From Octopus sinensis (Eukaryota), in contig NC_043010.1 of NCBI RefSeq assembly GCF_006345805.1, forward strand, positions 35,526,001 through 35,590,000: DNA of 64,000 nucleotides, given 5' to 3'. The position numbers were made by a program, and so were the translations under genes. Positions 25,091 to 38,214 of the stretch are shown piece by piece (within the stretch, counting starts at the first letter, position 1; every line of letters starts with the position of its first letter). A model generated the notes under the pieces. That model had not been told where the DNA came from and did not search any database. It saw nothing but the letters and a program-made list of their open reading frames with translations.

Positions 25091-26049
25091 TATACACAGT
25101 GACAGAGGTCACCATCAATTTAGAACTACTGAACAAACTTCAAAACTTAAAATTTTTTACTGTGCAAATTATATTTTTATAATTGCTTTAAATATTTGTT
25201 TGATATTGTCTTTATTTAAATCTATATCTCAAGAGTTCTGTTATAGTTTTGAAGTTAAGGATTTCATAAACAGAAAACCACAAAATTTGTTCTTATTTGT
25301 GATTCTTGATGAGTCCATCAGTTTATATTGTATGCTAGTGGCAACACTATAGATCAGAAAGCAACAAATGAGTTGTTACCTACAAAGGAGGTACATATTA
25401 TTCAGTTAAATGAGGAGAGTTCTTCCTGTTAGAACAAAACTTTGCACCTGAATTAATGTAATTTTTCCTTTCAGAAGGTTGTTCCTACACTACAGACGAC
25501 TTCTATGACACCTTAGAAGTGGCAGGCCCATGAAAACATTCTTAAAAGAAGATAGTCTTTCATAGAATTAGTAAACAAGTACTCAATGACTGCAGTTGAC
25601 ATCAAATAGTTTGGACTTGCACAAGTCTCTGACTATCAGAAACAACTGTTTGCAGACAGCTCAAGCAATTTGGACTAAACTAGCAGTAATTCACTAACAT
25701 ACTATTCATTCTGCAAAGAGCTGAAAAGTGTAGTATGAATTCAATAGTGATCTTGTAGATTGGATCCTTGCTGATTAGACTCTGCGAATTGTATGAATGA
25801 ATTTAAGATCAGCTAGTTTGGATCTGAAGGTAGGATATGCAAGACATGATTAAGGTGACCTGAGAGAATTGTTAGCACACTAGGCAAAGTGCTTAGCTGT
25901 ATTCTGTCTGTTTTCATGTTCTAAGTTCAAATTCTGCTGAGGTCAACTTTGCCTTTCATCCTTTTGGAGAGGTTTCTTGGTTTAACTCTGTGAAGAGTTT
26001 TAGAAACAGTGTCATGGTCTTGAAAAGATTCTCATAGCTTAAGCTCTTG

Positions 26050-26410
26050 GTCTTATTATGACTGATATCCTGGATTAAGAAGTGTACAAAGGTCTATGAA
26101 AGACATCTTTTATTTTATTCTGAGGTCATTTGCTGCTCAATGATAATGACCTCAGATGCACTACACAATGAATCAAGCTGTCAATTGTTTTTTTTTTATC
26201 CCAAATTTAGTCCAATTCACTAAAACTGATTGAACATTTCTTAACATAAAGCTCTGCTCAGAAACCACTGAACCTGTCTGGTGTGATAAAAAAATCTTAG
26301 AAAAAATTCCTGTTTCTTGTTGCTGGCACCTGATTGAGTCCATGCCACATAAATGTCACAAAGTCATTGAGAGAAAAAGAGAAAAAGCTGGCTATTGACC
26401 AGTGAATATA
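26050..26410 (+). mobile_element. Tc1 transposase C-terminal remnant
   Basis: DNDLRCT (DNDPKH-like) and LIESMPHKCHKVIERK (Tc1 C-terminal LVESMPRRCxAVI motif). Confidence 0.55.
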
Positions 26411-26939
26411 TGTTGTTCAATAAGAAATCATTGATTGTGTTATTTATTTAATTTCTTTGGTGCCACGTAAAAAACACTTATACTGGTGCCACTTGGGAGC
26501 ACCTGTGTTGGTACTGTGTAAAAGCACCCAGTACACTCTGTAAAATGGTTGGCATTAGGAAGGGCATCCAGCCGTAGAAACTATGTCTAAACACACATGG
26601 AGCAGCTCTCCAGTTGACCAGCTCCCATCAAATCATCCAACCCGTGTCAGCATGGAAAACGGATGCTAAATGACGATGATGATGATATCAGTGTATCTGT
26701 GTTTAAAATTGGGACAACAGGGTTATCCAGCTTATAACTGAGACTGGTTACACATCTATATACTTCATTAGTTTATTCCTTTATTTCAGTTGCGTTACTT
26801 GAGCTGTTTTTTTTTTCTCTGCTTTCCCGCTGATTTCTAATACTAGTGACAGAATACTGTCTGTTAGTCTAAAAGACAGGGCACGTCTTCAGAATATCAC
26901 TCAAATTTTTCCTGCCATGTGAATGAGATTCCATGTCTG

Positions 26940-28800
26940 GCACTCTGACGTCAGTGTTTGAAGATGTCTTAGCTACAGTCTAAAAGAATAGCGAAAGGTT
27001 TTGTTTAAAAAAAAAAATAAAGATGAAATTGTAGTGGTTAAGTGTGTATCAATGAACATAGATGCAAATGGAATGTGTATGTAAACAAATACGTAAACCG
27101 ATCCATAATTGAGAAGAATTTATTTACAGTATTTGATTCATTATATGTACACTACATACAAAATGTAGGCGACTGCTACGAGTTACTAGAAATACAGAGT
27201 ACATTCGTGGAAGTCATATTAGGAATGAATATGTTTGTGTGTGTGCGTTGATCATTTGAAACAGTAGTGTATCGGCACTTCGAACATTTCTCTCTGTCCC
27301 TGCGGTCTGCCAAAACCTTGGGTCGTAGATAGATCTATCTCGTCTGTCTGCTCAGTGTTGTCTGCCTCTGTATTTATAACAAACAGTGGTAGCTAGAAAG
27401 ACAGACATACTGCGACAGAGTTTGTACCTAAATAGGTCAGCGCCTGTCCAGTTGAACTTTGCCTGACATGATGAGGTCGCAGGTCAAAGGGAGATGATCA
27501 ATCAATTTTTGATAGGATAAAGAAAACCTTTTTTCGCGCCTGTTGATCGTCGTGGTTTGGACGACCGAGAATTCTTGGATTCGGTTTCGAATCTAGGCTT
27601 GGAGAAGGAAGTGTTAATTCTTACAAAATCTCACACGCCAGATTTGCTGACAAATATGGCTTATGGTTTTTATCAGCAAATAAAAAAAATATCGAGTAAT
27701 CCTTATCACAAATATAAATAAAAAAAAAAAAAAAACTTTAAAATTAATTAAACATTGAATAGATCGAAAACTCTGGGCTTTTTTCGTAGTTTGTTGTAAA
27801 AATAATTTATCGGAAATAAACTTTTAGTATAGTAACTTCAAATACTGCAAACTGAATTAACTTGTACTTTTAAGACGTCTGTAGGGTTTGTGGCCCAGCC
27901 CCACACATAGGAACCGGCGTAAAATGCAGCACTTGATGATCTTGATATGGTTCAAACAGAATTGTTGGCTGTTTAGAATCGGAATAATACTGCTCCTACC
28001 AGACTGTGAAAATTGTGGTGGTAGTGGGGGGGGGAAACAAAAAACAAAAAACTATAGTATGTCACACAACTGGTTTGTGTACTTTCGAATCAGACCTGAT
28101 CGACGTACTTATATTCAAAAGTATTCCAGCCATGACCAGCTTATCCGTTTGTTCAGACATACAGAATCCCGGACAACGTTATCAATGTGTAATTTTTTCA
28201 AGATGACATTAGGTTGGGTTTGAGGAAGATTTGGCTACTATTTCTAGTAGGTCGAGTCTGACAACTGAGTTAGTTTACTAAGGGGAGAACACTCTAGCTT
28301 TGTTTGTGTTTGTTTTCGTTTCCTACCCTTTTATCACAGTCACTACATGACGTAATCATCTGTCTTCGTTACACGTCGGGGAGAAAAACAAACGCGATAA
28401 CAAAATAGTGCCAACTATTTTATCGATTTTATATTGTTAATTAGAGTCAATTATCATACAAAAATTTACTTTGTTGTTTTCTTTCTTATGTACGGGTAGT
28501 ATGTTGAATTGTTAAATAGTCTGCTTGCAAGAAAATGTTTCAAAAATAAACAAGCTTCGTATGTGTGTGTATATATATATATATATATAGTTCCTGTTTT
28601 GGCTTAGTAAAAGTACGCCATTACACAAGTTGGACTATCTGTAACATCTCTTCCTTCATATACAAACAGCAAAAACTCTTTTTTTTTTATTGTCGCTTTG
28701 GCAAATAATTCTTCGAAGTCTCCTCTTTTCACTCGTCTCCATCCAATTTATTTGGAGAATACGTTTATAAGAATCTTGGCTACTTGTTATTTGCAATGAA
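26940..28800. promoter_or_regulatory. CpG-retaining promoter region of LAPTM4 with a possible divergent promoter
   Basis: Visibly higher CpG density than the introns; TGACGTCA (26946-26953), minus-strand TATAAATA (27371-27378), AGGTCA-type half-sites (27434-27486), TTTTCGCGCC (27531-27540), ATGACGTAAT (28347-28356). Confidence 0.65.
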
Positions 28801-28900
28801 AATGCGACTGAAATTCGACAACGAAGAACCGAATGCTTACCGCTGTTGTTTTTGCTGTCACGTAAGAACTGGGACCATAATATTGGGACTATGGCATTTG
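28796..28900 (+). CDS. LAPTM4: LAPTM4-family lysosomal transmembrane protein, exon 1 (MKMRLKFDNEEPNAYRCCFCCHVRTGTIILGLWHL)
   Basis: ATG at 28796 (second in-frame ATG at 28802), TTG|gtaagt donor; contains the LAPTM4 signature CCxCCHVRTGTIILG; lies in a CpG-retaining region. Confidence 0.93.
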
Positions 28901-30771
28901 GTAAGTAAATAAAGAAAAAAAAAGGAACGATTAATTGTTTTAGTGATATCGAGAGGAATACATGTGTATTAACATTTTTGCTTGTTTGCAAGTTTGAATG
29001 ATCATTTTAAGTTTTGCTTACAAAAATGTTGAATGCAACCAGCTTGCTCTTGAACAAGCTTCATAAAAAGACGTTTCAGTCCCTCCTTTAGATTATTATT
29101 ATTATTGTTCTGTCGTTTTTAGCTGCAAAAAAAAAAATTGCAGTCAACGAGCAATGCTAACATTAATTCGTTTTCTAGGCCTATTAGTGTGAGGAGAAAA
29201 ACGAATTATTACTGCAATCATTCGAGTAGATAAAATAAAAAAGAGAAAACTTTAAAAAATCCTCTTATATTTTAATTTTTTAGGGGTTCGCTTGAACGCG
29301 AAACATAATTCTGAAGAAAATTAATTTATAATTCGCCGTATTTGTGGTTAATCACTTTCATTTTTTTTTAATATTTAAGGCAATCCTTTGAAAATGGTAC
29401 CGAAATTATTGCCAATATTTAATGCATTGTAGTTAATTTCTTCTGATAAATTTACACCCTTTAAAATATTTCTACAACTAATTTGCTATTATTCCTTATA
29501 AGTTTTAACCATGCTGTTGAGATCTAGAGTCTCAAGTGTCGAACCAGTTTCTCTAGTGGTAGTACTTCCTCCTATTATGCTTTAATGTGAGAAAATAAGT
29601 ATTTATTTGCCACAAGTCTCTGTTAGGCCAACACCACCGAGATCGATTAATGAAAACAGGCTGTGAATAAAAACTGGTAGGATTTCATATAGGTTTGTAA
29701 TCATGTGCTAAATGCACATGATTGCAAACTTGGACAAAAGTAGAAGTCGGTTAATGTAGTAACTGTTCAACGTATATGAAATGGTGGTAGAAAAGAATAA
29801 CGGTGATTGATAACTATAAAGTTGTTAGAATGGCAGTTTTTAAAAAAAATGTATTTACAGAAATGATCTAATGACTCAACTGTTTTTTTATATTGTGAAA
29901 TGTGTGAACTGTTAATGGAATTCGATAAACATTTCCCGACCATTCGGCGGGTATGGTTTAAAGTTACTTGGTACATCAAAAGCTTTTGGCAAAATAACAT
30001 TTTTTTAATTACCTTTGAAGTTTAGTATGCAAAACCTAAGCATTTCCAAACGATTTATTTAGTTTAGAAAATCATTTTTTAATCTCTCGGTTCTGTTAAA
30101 GGCTATCCTTAAGATTGCCATGTAAAAAAAAGTTACAGCCTCTTCTCTTTTTACGTTTTGTAGACATAGCTTTGTTTACATTTGTTTCTTTGATATCATT
30201 TAGTCAGGAAATATCAGAGGTTTATATATAATAAACACCTTCCGTTGTAAACATTTTTCGCTTGTAATAAGGGGTTGTGGACAGTTATAAGCTTAAAACC
30301 AATAATACGAATTGGGGTGGAGGAAAAAAACAAAACAAAACAACCTCTGGTCTTTCAGCTGAAATATATCGGAAAGCGAATTGTTATATGTCGGTAATCG
30401 GTAACAAATCGGTTTGCCTATTCGTTCGCATGTGTATATACTCATTTACTGACATTTTGCCATTTCCGCTATTCAAGTACAATAGGGACATTTAACTCGT
30501 CAGGAATTTAAACAAAAATGACATCCGTCATATCAACTGGTTGAAACTGTTTGACAGATCTTTGCAATTTCTGGGCGAATATATATTTCTTTTGTATTAT
30601 TTCTATTTAAGCCAACGAGATTCATTTAACTCGATAGGTAATTAACAAGTTTTTATGGCCATGAATACCACAAGCTAATTCAAATAATCTGTTTTTTTTT
30701 TTAATAATTTTAAATGATGCATTGCTAACACGATAAATTCATGCACCCACACAATCACGAGTTGTGTGGTG

Positions 30772-30821
<50 letters not shown>

Positions 30822-31296
30822 TTTATTAAAAAGTAGCAAAAATATCACAAAAACTGTTACTCAGAGTTTCGCGTTCCTGTTCTTCGGACAGTTTTGTTAC
30901 TTTCATTTTAATTGTCGCACATATATTTTATCACTGCTTCTGAGGGTTGGGGTTAAAACTCCTTCTTGTACATGGGATTTTAAAAACCTTTCACTTTTAT
31001 TGCACATCCCCACCATTGTTAAGCTGTCTTTGTTTTGAACATCCGGGATTCAGAATTTGTCAAATACTATTAACGACAAGGATGATACTACTACTACTAC
31101 TACTAATGATAAAAAACAATAAGAATGATAATAAATTAATTTTTAAAATTAACATTTTAAAATCACAAACTAATTTTATTTCGTTTTGCATGCGACGTTT
31201 GAAAGCACTAGTTCGTTTCTTGAAATTGAAAATGCTGTCCAAATATATACGCTTCAAATACGTACGAAATTATTTAAACACTCAAAGGCGTGTCTA

Positions 31297-31590
31297 CACA
31301 ATTGTGCCCCCGTCTTTGTTTTTTTCATAACTTTCAGAAAATTGAGATTTTTTTAAATGAAATTTTCTACAAATACCATTCATATCGGAATTTAAAGTGA
31401 AAAATTGTGGGCACGCACACATAACACTATTTTTTTCTTTTGGAAATTTCAAATTTCATAATTTTTTAAATTCCACATTAAATTCCTATGTAATTGTAAT
31501 CTACACCGAATTGTATGTGTAGATTTCATTTAACAATTTCCGTTTTTCTTAAATCTATGAGGAAACAAATTCGGGGAGGCACATTAAATA
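31297..31590. mobile_element. Palindromic MITE-like element, about 300 bp
   Basis: About 90-bp imperfect inverted arms (attgtgcccccg...tttgtttttttcataactttcagaaaa...aaatgaaat...ctaca versus tgtagatttcattt...atgaggaaacaaa...cggggaggcacatt). Confidence 0.55.
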
Positions 31591-31862
31591 CTGCAGCTAT
31601 AAATTTTCTAGTCCTAACCAGTTTCTCATTAAAATATTTTTTAAATTCTGAAACCTCTTAATATCCGATGTTCAGAATCTATATTTTCTCTTTAATGTGT
31701 GTGTATATATATCGAATCGTTCTCTTTATTTTTTTGCATTTAATTTACAACATACATGAATATGCCACTTTAAAATTCAAATCCCGAACCGAAAACACAT
31801 TTATGTGCGAGGAAAGAAAAAAAAAAATCAATTCAACACGTCAATTGGTCGTACACCATAAG

Positions 31863-32010
31863 GTTCAACGAAACTTATTGAAGCAAGCCAACACGTTCGC
31901 GGCATTACTGTGGGTGATGGCGTGGCTAAGGCGTTGGAATAGCCAAGCACCACCACAGGCATCACCTGACACCTCGGTAAGGATGACTTCGCTGTCAGCG
32001 GCCCAGTTTA
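31863..32010 (-). mobile_element. C-terminal fragment of a CRE-like (restriction-like endonuclease) non-LTR retrotransposon
   Basis: GPLTAK...LTEVSGDACGGAWLFQRLSHAITHSNAANVLAC resembles the CRE-clade terminal motif GDxRExxWLxQRLSxAxxRGNAAxxL (recalled from memory). Confidence 0.55.
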
Positions 32011-33529
32011 AAAAAAGTGTTAAAAATATGCACTTATATAGAATAGACAACGCAAAAGGAGACACGAGGCACAGAATGTCACCGAAGAGATCACAGAATG
32101 CGTGACGAAAGAACTCGGTGCGTGTGTTTATTGGCAAAAGATGACTACCCCCAAATATGTTTCAACACTCGATTTCACATCAAGAATCTTGCAAAACAAA
32201 TACACAAACGTGTATGTTGTGTGTGTGTGTGAAAGTACGTTTCCTCTACAAGGCAATAATAGAGGTGTTTGCATTCAGCTTTATAATTCAGTCAAGCTAA
32301 TTTTTTTTAGTAAATGTTAGCTCTTATAAGTATTAACATTAACTGTAAAAGCAATGCAAGATTATGGACACATTAAATGAGCGCAATATATATTTTCACA
32401 ACAGTCATGTGTTTATAAAGATAACCTCGTCTGATTCCTCATTTCAGTCTCACGTTATTAGGTTTCTTAGCTGAAGAGCGAGAGAGGGGGTGGGTGGTGG
32501 TGGTGAAAGGGCAACAAATGCCGTTTCAAGCTTTATACTTATAAATATTATTGAGAGCTCCAGCTCTCAATAACAAAATTGCCATTATACGATAAATACT
32601 CTAGAAAGACATACTCGTTTAAATTCAAGGCTGGTGTCAACTCTTGACGGCAACAAATGTTGATTACCTTGTAACACCTGCATTGTCATGTTGCCAGAAG
32701 CTAATTATTTATTCATTTGTGACACATTTTCAAGAATGAAATATACGGATTTCCACTAATTTTTGTTCATTTTCTGGAGTGAAATGTTATACACACACAC
32801 ACACACACACACACGCACGCACACACATCTTTTACAGTCATTAGACTGTGGCCATGCTGGGGCATCGCCTTGAATTTTTTTAGTCAAATGAATCGACCCC
32901 AGTTCTTATTTTTTTTGCCTGGTACTTATTCCATCAGTCTTTTTTGCTCAACTGCTAAGTTACACAGACTTAAACACAACACCGATTGTCAAATGGTGAT
33001 GAGGGACTAACACACACACACACATATATATATGCACACAATGGGATTCTTTCAGTTTCTGTCTATCAAATCCATTCACAAGGCTTTGGTTGGCCCAAGG
33101 CTATAGTAGAAGACATTTGCCCTATGTTCCACGCAGTGGGACTGAACATGGAACCATGTGGTTGAGAAGCAAACTTCTTACCACACAGCCACTCCTGCAC
33201 CTATATACATAAAATGTCTTGCTTCTGTCATTAGACTGCAGCCATGTTGTGACACAGCCTTGAAGAATTTTAATCTGAATTTTTTTGCTTTTAAACCTGT
33301 TAATTATTCTATCAGTCACTTTTGTCGAATGGTAAGGTTATGGAGACATAAATACCCAAACACCGGTTGTCAAGCAGTGGTGGGACACACACACACACAT
33401 TGAACTTCTTTCAGTTTGTCTGCCAAATTCACTCACAAGGCTTTGGTTGGCCCAAGGCTATAATAGAAGACACTTGCCCAAGGAGTCACATAGTGGGACT
33501 GAACCTGGAACCATGTGGTCGGGAAGTCA

Positions 33530-33650
33530 CAGGTAGCAAGGTTTGGTCTATAGCGAGAGTGAGGGACAGTTTTGATGCCCGTGTCTATCAAGTAGTTGAT
33601 TACCATGATGGAATTGTGAACTGGTGTATTGTCAAGTGGAGTTGCGACTG
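33530..33650 (-). mobile_element. mariner (DD34D) transposase catalytic fragment
   Basis: LDNTPVHNSIMVINYLIDTGIKTVPHSRYRPNLATCDF corresponds to the HDNAPxH...HPPYSPDLAPCDF motif. Confidence 0.8.
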
Positions 33651-33659
33651 ATCTTTTGC

Positions 33660-34030
33660 CACCAAATCTTTTCCTGAACCTCTGCTGCAGCTTTGATGGT
33701 TGCCCATATGACATCTTTCAACATAAATTGGCGTCCATCAGCATAAACATTGTGGACCAAAGATTTTCGATAGGGTTGAGATCCACATTATCAACCTTTC
33801 ACCCTGTATATCGTAAGACCCTAGGAATGTTTGGGTGGTCCTAGCAGAGTGGGAGGGAGTGTTGTCATGCATGATTACGAGATTCCTTAGTGTGGTTCTG
33901 GGTACCCCCCCCACACACATGTTGTTTAATGTCCACTTTTCCATGCTTGCATTGGTCAGATGGAATTTATTGAGGCAGACTTCGTCCTTCCTGTTGCCAA
34001 CACTCATCTGTTTCCAAGCAAAGTAATATT
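33660..34030 (-). mobile_element. Tc1 (DD34E) transposase catalytic fragment
   Basis: MHDNTPSHSARTTQTFL and, after a frameshift, DLNPIENLWS and VYADGRQF. Confidence 0.85.
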
Positions 34031-34472
34031 TCCTCAATAGCTAGATATGTTTTTTCACAGAAGACTAGAAACAAAACACATCGCTGGTATGATAATGATG
34101 ATGCTTGTTTAAAACCATCTCAATTGTGGACTGATGCATTGTTCTGATGCGGGTGCCACTGATCTGAGTTGGAGAGCTCTGGCCTGTTGCAACTAAATTT
34201 CTTCCTGAATTCTCTTGAAACCTCCACAAAGTATTCTCTATTGACCATCTATCCTGAAGGAATCCAGTGAAAACACACAAATACACATACATGCACACAT
34301 ATGATGGGTTTCTTTTAGTTTTCGTCTTCCAAGTCTACTCATAAAGCTTTGGTTGACATGGATCTATAAAAGAACACATTTGCCCAAGGTGCCATACAAT
34401 GGGACCACATGGCTAGAGAGCCAAGCCTGTCTAAAATATATATATATATATATATGCACACACATGCGCACA

Positions 34473-34950
34473 CAGGGTGTGATGGGTAAATCGTCACCCT
34501 TTTATATTTTTAATTTCACACATGTGCATTGTTTGCGTTTGATTTTGTCAACTACACAGTATAGTAGGGTCAGTTGGGCACCATCTGTGAGAAAAACGAC
34601 ACCATGTCACAATTCACTCTGCTAGAAATTTGGAAATGACATGTTGTACAGCTTGGCATTCGCACTGGAAGCTCTAATATGAACATTTCAGAATGTTTGG
34701 GAAAGGTTGGATGAATCTAATGGTGATTATGCAGGTATGGCAGCTCAGAAAACTCATTCTAATCATTCTGATAAGAAAAGAACTCCTGAATTCATTGGTG
34801 AGATCCAGGCCATGATTGACAACGATCCCTTCAAGTCAATCAGGTCCATCACCAGGGACATGGGTGTGTCGGAGTTTCTTATCAGGCAGGTAGTGCATGA
34901 AGATATTTGGTATTCCTCATACAAGATGAGCAAGGGCCAATTTTTATCAT
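34473..34950 (+). mobile_element. IS630-Tc1-mariner element 5' end (maT/DD37D-like): terminus plus transposase N-terminus
   Basis: CAGGGTG terminus; ATG at 34604 MSQFTLLEIWK*H...; KKRTPEFIGEIQAMIDNDPFKSIRSITRDMGVSEFLIRQVVHEDIWYSSYK (HTH). No right TIR found. Confidence 0.7.
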
Positions 34951-35089
34951 CATCACTGCAATGCTGGTTCCAAGCCAAGTATTTTTTTCATGTTGAAGAA
35001 CAGATGACAGTTAGATAGGGTCAAATCAACAAAATAGGAAGGGTAATCAACCAGTTCAAAGCCATAGCCATGCACAACAGCCATTACAT

Positions 35090-35345
35090 AATTTCCTTGT
35101 CATTCAATTCATGTTTGCAATGTCTTTGTCATCATGTGACCAAGATTATTTTTGATTTGGTCTTCTTCAATGGCTGTAGGCCTGCTGGAATGTTCAGGCT
35201 TCCAGATTAAAATTTTTTCTCTTGAACCTACCAAACCACTTACGAATAGTTGTTTCAGCTATAACGTCATCTCCCTAAACTGTACGTATCTATTTTGCTG
35301 TTTGTATGGCTTTTTTTTCTTTTCCAGAAATAAAATTATCGAATA
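35090..35345 (-). mobile_element. mariner transposase N-terminal HTH remnant
   Basis: IRTV*GDDVIAETTIRKWFGRFK...NFNLE...HSSRPTAIEEDQIK. Confidence 0.75.
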
Positions 35346-35459
35346 ATGAAAATGTATCTTCCTTTCATTTTTACTTTAATGTGCAAACAGTAGAAATAAA
35401 CTATTCACACTGTAATCTCAGAGAAAGACATGTTGAAATGACACCTTTCAGAAGATATA

Positions 35460-35720
35460 CACATCATCATCATCATCATCATCATCGTTCTCTTTCAATG
35501 CTAGCATGGGTTGGACGATTTGACTGAGGGTTGGCTAACCAGATGGCTGCACCAGGCTTCAATCTTGATCTGGCAGAGTTTCTACAGCTGGATGCCCTTC
35601 CTAACGCCAACCACTCCAAGAGTGTAGTGGGTGCTTTTACGTGCCACCGGCACAGGGGCCAGTCCAGCGATACTGGCAATGATCTCACTCGAATCTCTTT
35701 ATACACGTGCCAGTAAGGCG
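35460..35720 (-). mobile_element. Ceph-SINE-like copy
   Basis: (CAT)n start, ggatgcccttcctaacgccaaccact core. Confidence 0.8.
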
Positions 35721-36369
35721 ATATATATATATGTTATGCTTTTGTCATGCAAGAAATGAAATCTTGTGTTTAAACACCAATTAAAAAAACATTAACTTTT
35801 GTTCCAACCCAATATATATCATGATCATCATCACACATCCTTTTTTCCATGCCCTTCCTAATGCCAATTACGTATCAGTGTACTGGGTGCTTTTTGTGTG
35901 ACACCAGCACTGGTGAAGTTGCTAAGTATCAGCAAGATAAGACCCCTCAACTGTGTGGGTATATGTGTATATGTTTGTTGGTATGTGTATGCTTAATATG
36001 TGTGTATTTTTGTGTACTTGGATATGTGTATTATCCCAAATTACTACTGTTTGGGAGAGGAAAGCACACAATTGGAAATACAATTCACAAATTGCTCCTT
36101 AAATGATGTGATGGTCATAGCTGTAATACATTTGATCATAGCACTGTTCATTCAGCTGACCACCAGTTTTCTTACACCAAGTTTCTTGCTCAAAGTCTAA
36201 ACCTGTGTGTGTGAGGTGGGTGGTGGTTTATAGCTGACTATTAAAAGAAAGAAAAACAAGCTTCTGTAGGTTTACAACATTTAACTGTTCTTGTAGAGAA
36301 AGATTGCCTGGCATTCTCTGTGTCCTTATTCAAGAATAGATTTGTCTTAACATTACAGGAACTATACAG

Positions 36370-36660
36370 TGAAGGTGCATGGCTCAGGGGTTAGTGTTGA
36401 GCTTACGATTGCGAGGTTGTGAGTTCGATTCACAGACTGGGCTGTGTGTTGTGTCCTTGAGCAAGACACTTTATTTCATGTTACTCCAGTTCACTCAGCT
36501 GTAGAAATGGACAACATCGGTTGTGTGGAGAGGGGGGAGGCTGGAATGCATTGGTGACTGTTGGTCTTCCACAAACAACCTTGCCTAGACTTGTGCCTAG
36601 GAGGGGAACATTCTAGGTGCAATCTCACGGTCATTTGTGATCAAAGGAGATCTTTACTCC
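36370..36660 (+). mobile_element. SINE with tRNA head and CORE-like segment (gtgtccttgagcaagacactt)
   Basis: A/B-box-like head gcatggctcag...gagttcgatt; second copy at about 46520-46840; related minus copies at about 7930-8110 and 54020-54190. Confidence 0.65.
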
Positions 36661-38214
36661 TTTACATGAACTATAGGAAATTCTTAGAGTTGCAATCCAC
36701 TCTAAAGTCCTTTTTTCCCTTATGCTACCTTTGCAATCTTCAAAGGTTGAAGCTGAATATCAATCACATTCGTTTCAGCAGTTTGTCAGCTAGTGCCTGT
36801 GAGTATGATGGACACTGTCCCTCCTCCAATGGCATAACCTTATCCCTTCTCTTGAAATTGCTGGCATTTTACCAACATTTGAAACCAATATTATTACAAA
36901 AGGAAGAGACACAGCCCCAAATCAATGAATAGTTATTGTTTCTGTTTTTGTATTTGTATTTGTCTCAGCAATTTTGTAAATAAAGTCATCCATGATAGCA
37001 TTGTTTAGAGATATGTTGGTGGGTAAATGTTGATAATGTATTTTAATACAATTAGTTTTATTTTCTTTTATATTGTGAAATCATTTCCCCAGTAAGTTCA
37101 TAGAAGATAGAAAGCATGTGTTTGGTGGGGAGTGTGTGAGAGATTTTTTTATGTATACAATTCCTTTGAATCTTTCACTACATTCTAACTTGTGCGTGTG
37201 TCTCTGTCTCTGTCTGTCTCTGTCTCTATATATACATACTCACACAAATACATACAATGTAAATTCTCTGTAAATTTTTCTGTGTGTATGACTTGAATAT
37301 CTGACCTTTCAGTTAGAAAGTTGCTTTCCTCTTTGTCTTCCTTACATTAAGTATATATAAATTGATTTTTCTTTCTTTTTTTGCAGTGTGATGTGGCAGG
37401 TCACACAACCTTTTAATGACAAGTAACTGCTGTTTCACGTTATAATTTAATACTGGTATTAGGTTATTCAACTTGAGGCATATGCTGATGATGCAGCCCT
37501 CATTGGATTGCACCTAGAACAATCATATAATTAATGATTTGTGACTTTAGCAGAAGATGCACAACTCCTTGGATTTCAAGTTTGTTTGAAGATCTGTAGT
37601 CAACAAAGCGTACCTTTCAATACCCAACCATGTATAACAATCTAGTTGAAATCTGGGATAGGCTAAAATTCTAAATCCAAGGAAACTGGTAATTGTGCAA
37701 AGGAGAATTCGATAAAGCTCAATCAGTTGATTTCCTCTAAGGAATACAAAAACCAACGATTTGGGACATTTTCCCCCCAACTTCTGTCTAGATCTCTCAC
37801 TCTCATATGAAGGGTAAAGTCTAAAAAATATACTTTATGCCCCTCATAGCAAATTAGCTTGTTGAACCATGGTACATAATGACTTGGTTCATCATTGATG
37901 AACACCTCATATAATCTGAAACCATATTGTAAAAGTCTTTTAGCTTCTGTCTGAGTAACAATGGTCAGATGCTGTTTGAGACATCTTTTGTCCAATACCA
38001 TTTTTTTTTTATCAGCAAGGCTAACATGGTACAGATGAGATATGCAAATGGTTTCTATCTCTAACTAGATAGAATTTGACCTTCTGTAGAAGTTAGGAAT
38101 GGCAGGGCAGGTATCTCCGCTTTTTACTTCCCTTAAGTCACTTGGCACATTTGCAAAAGATAGAGATCTCTCTACCTTTCAGAACTCCAGAACTTTTATT
38201 TATAAAAATATAAC

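Noticed and set aside
36370-36445. tRNA-like A/B boxes here and at about 38215, 39960-40040, 55030-55090, 62812
   Set aside because: These are SINE heads continuing into SINE bodies; no complete cloverleaf was found.
37520-38000. Two adjacent protein-like minus-strand ORFs (92 and 77 aa)
   Set aside because: No recognisable motif or splice structure; probably old TE debris.
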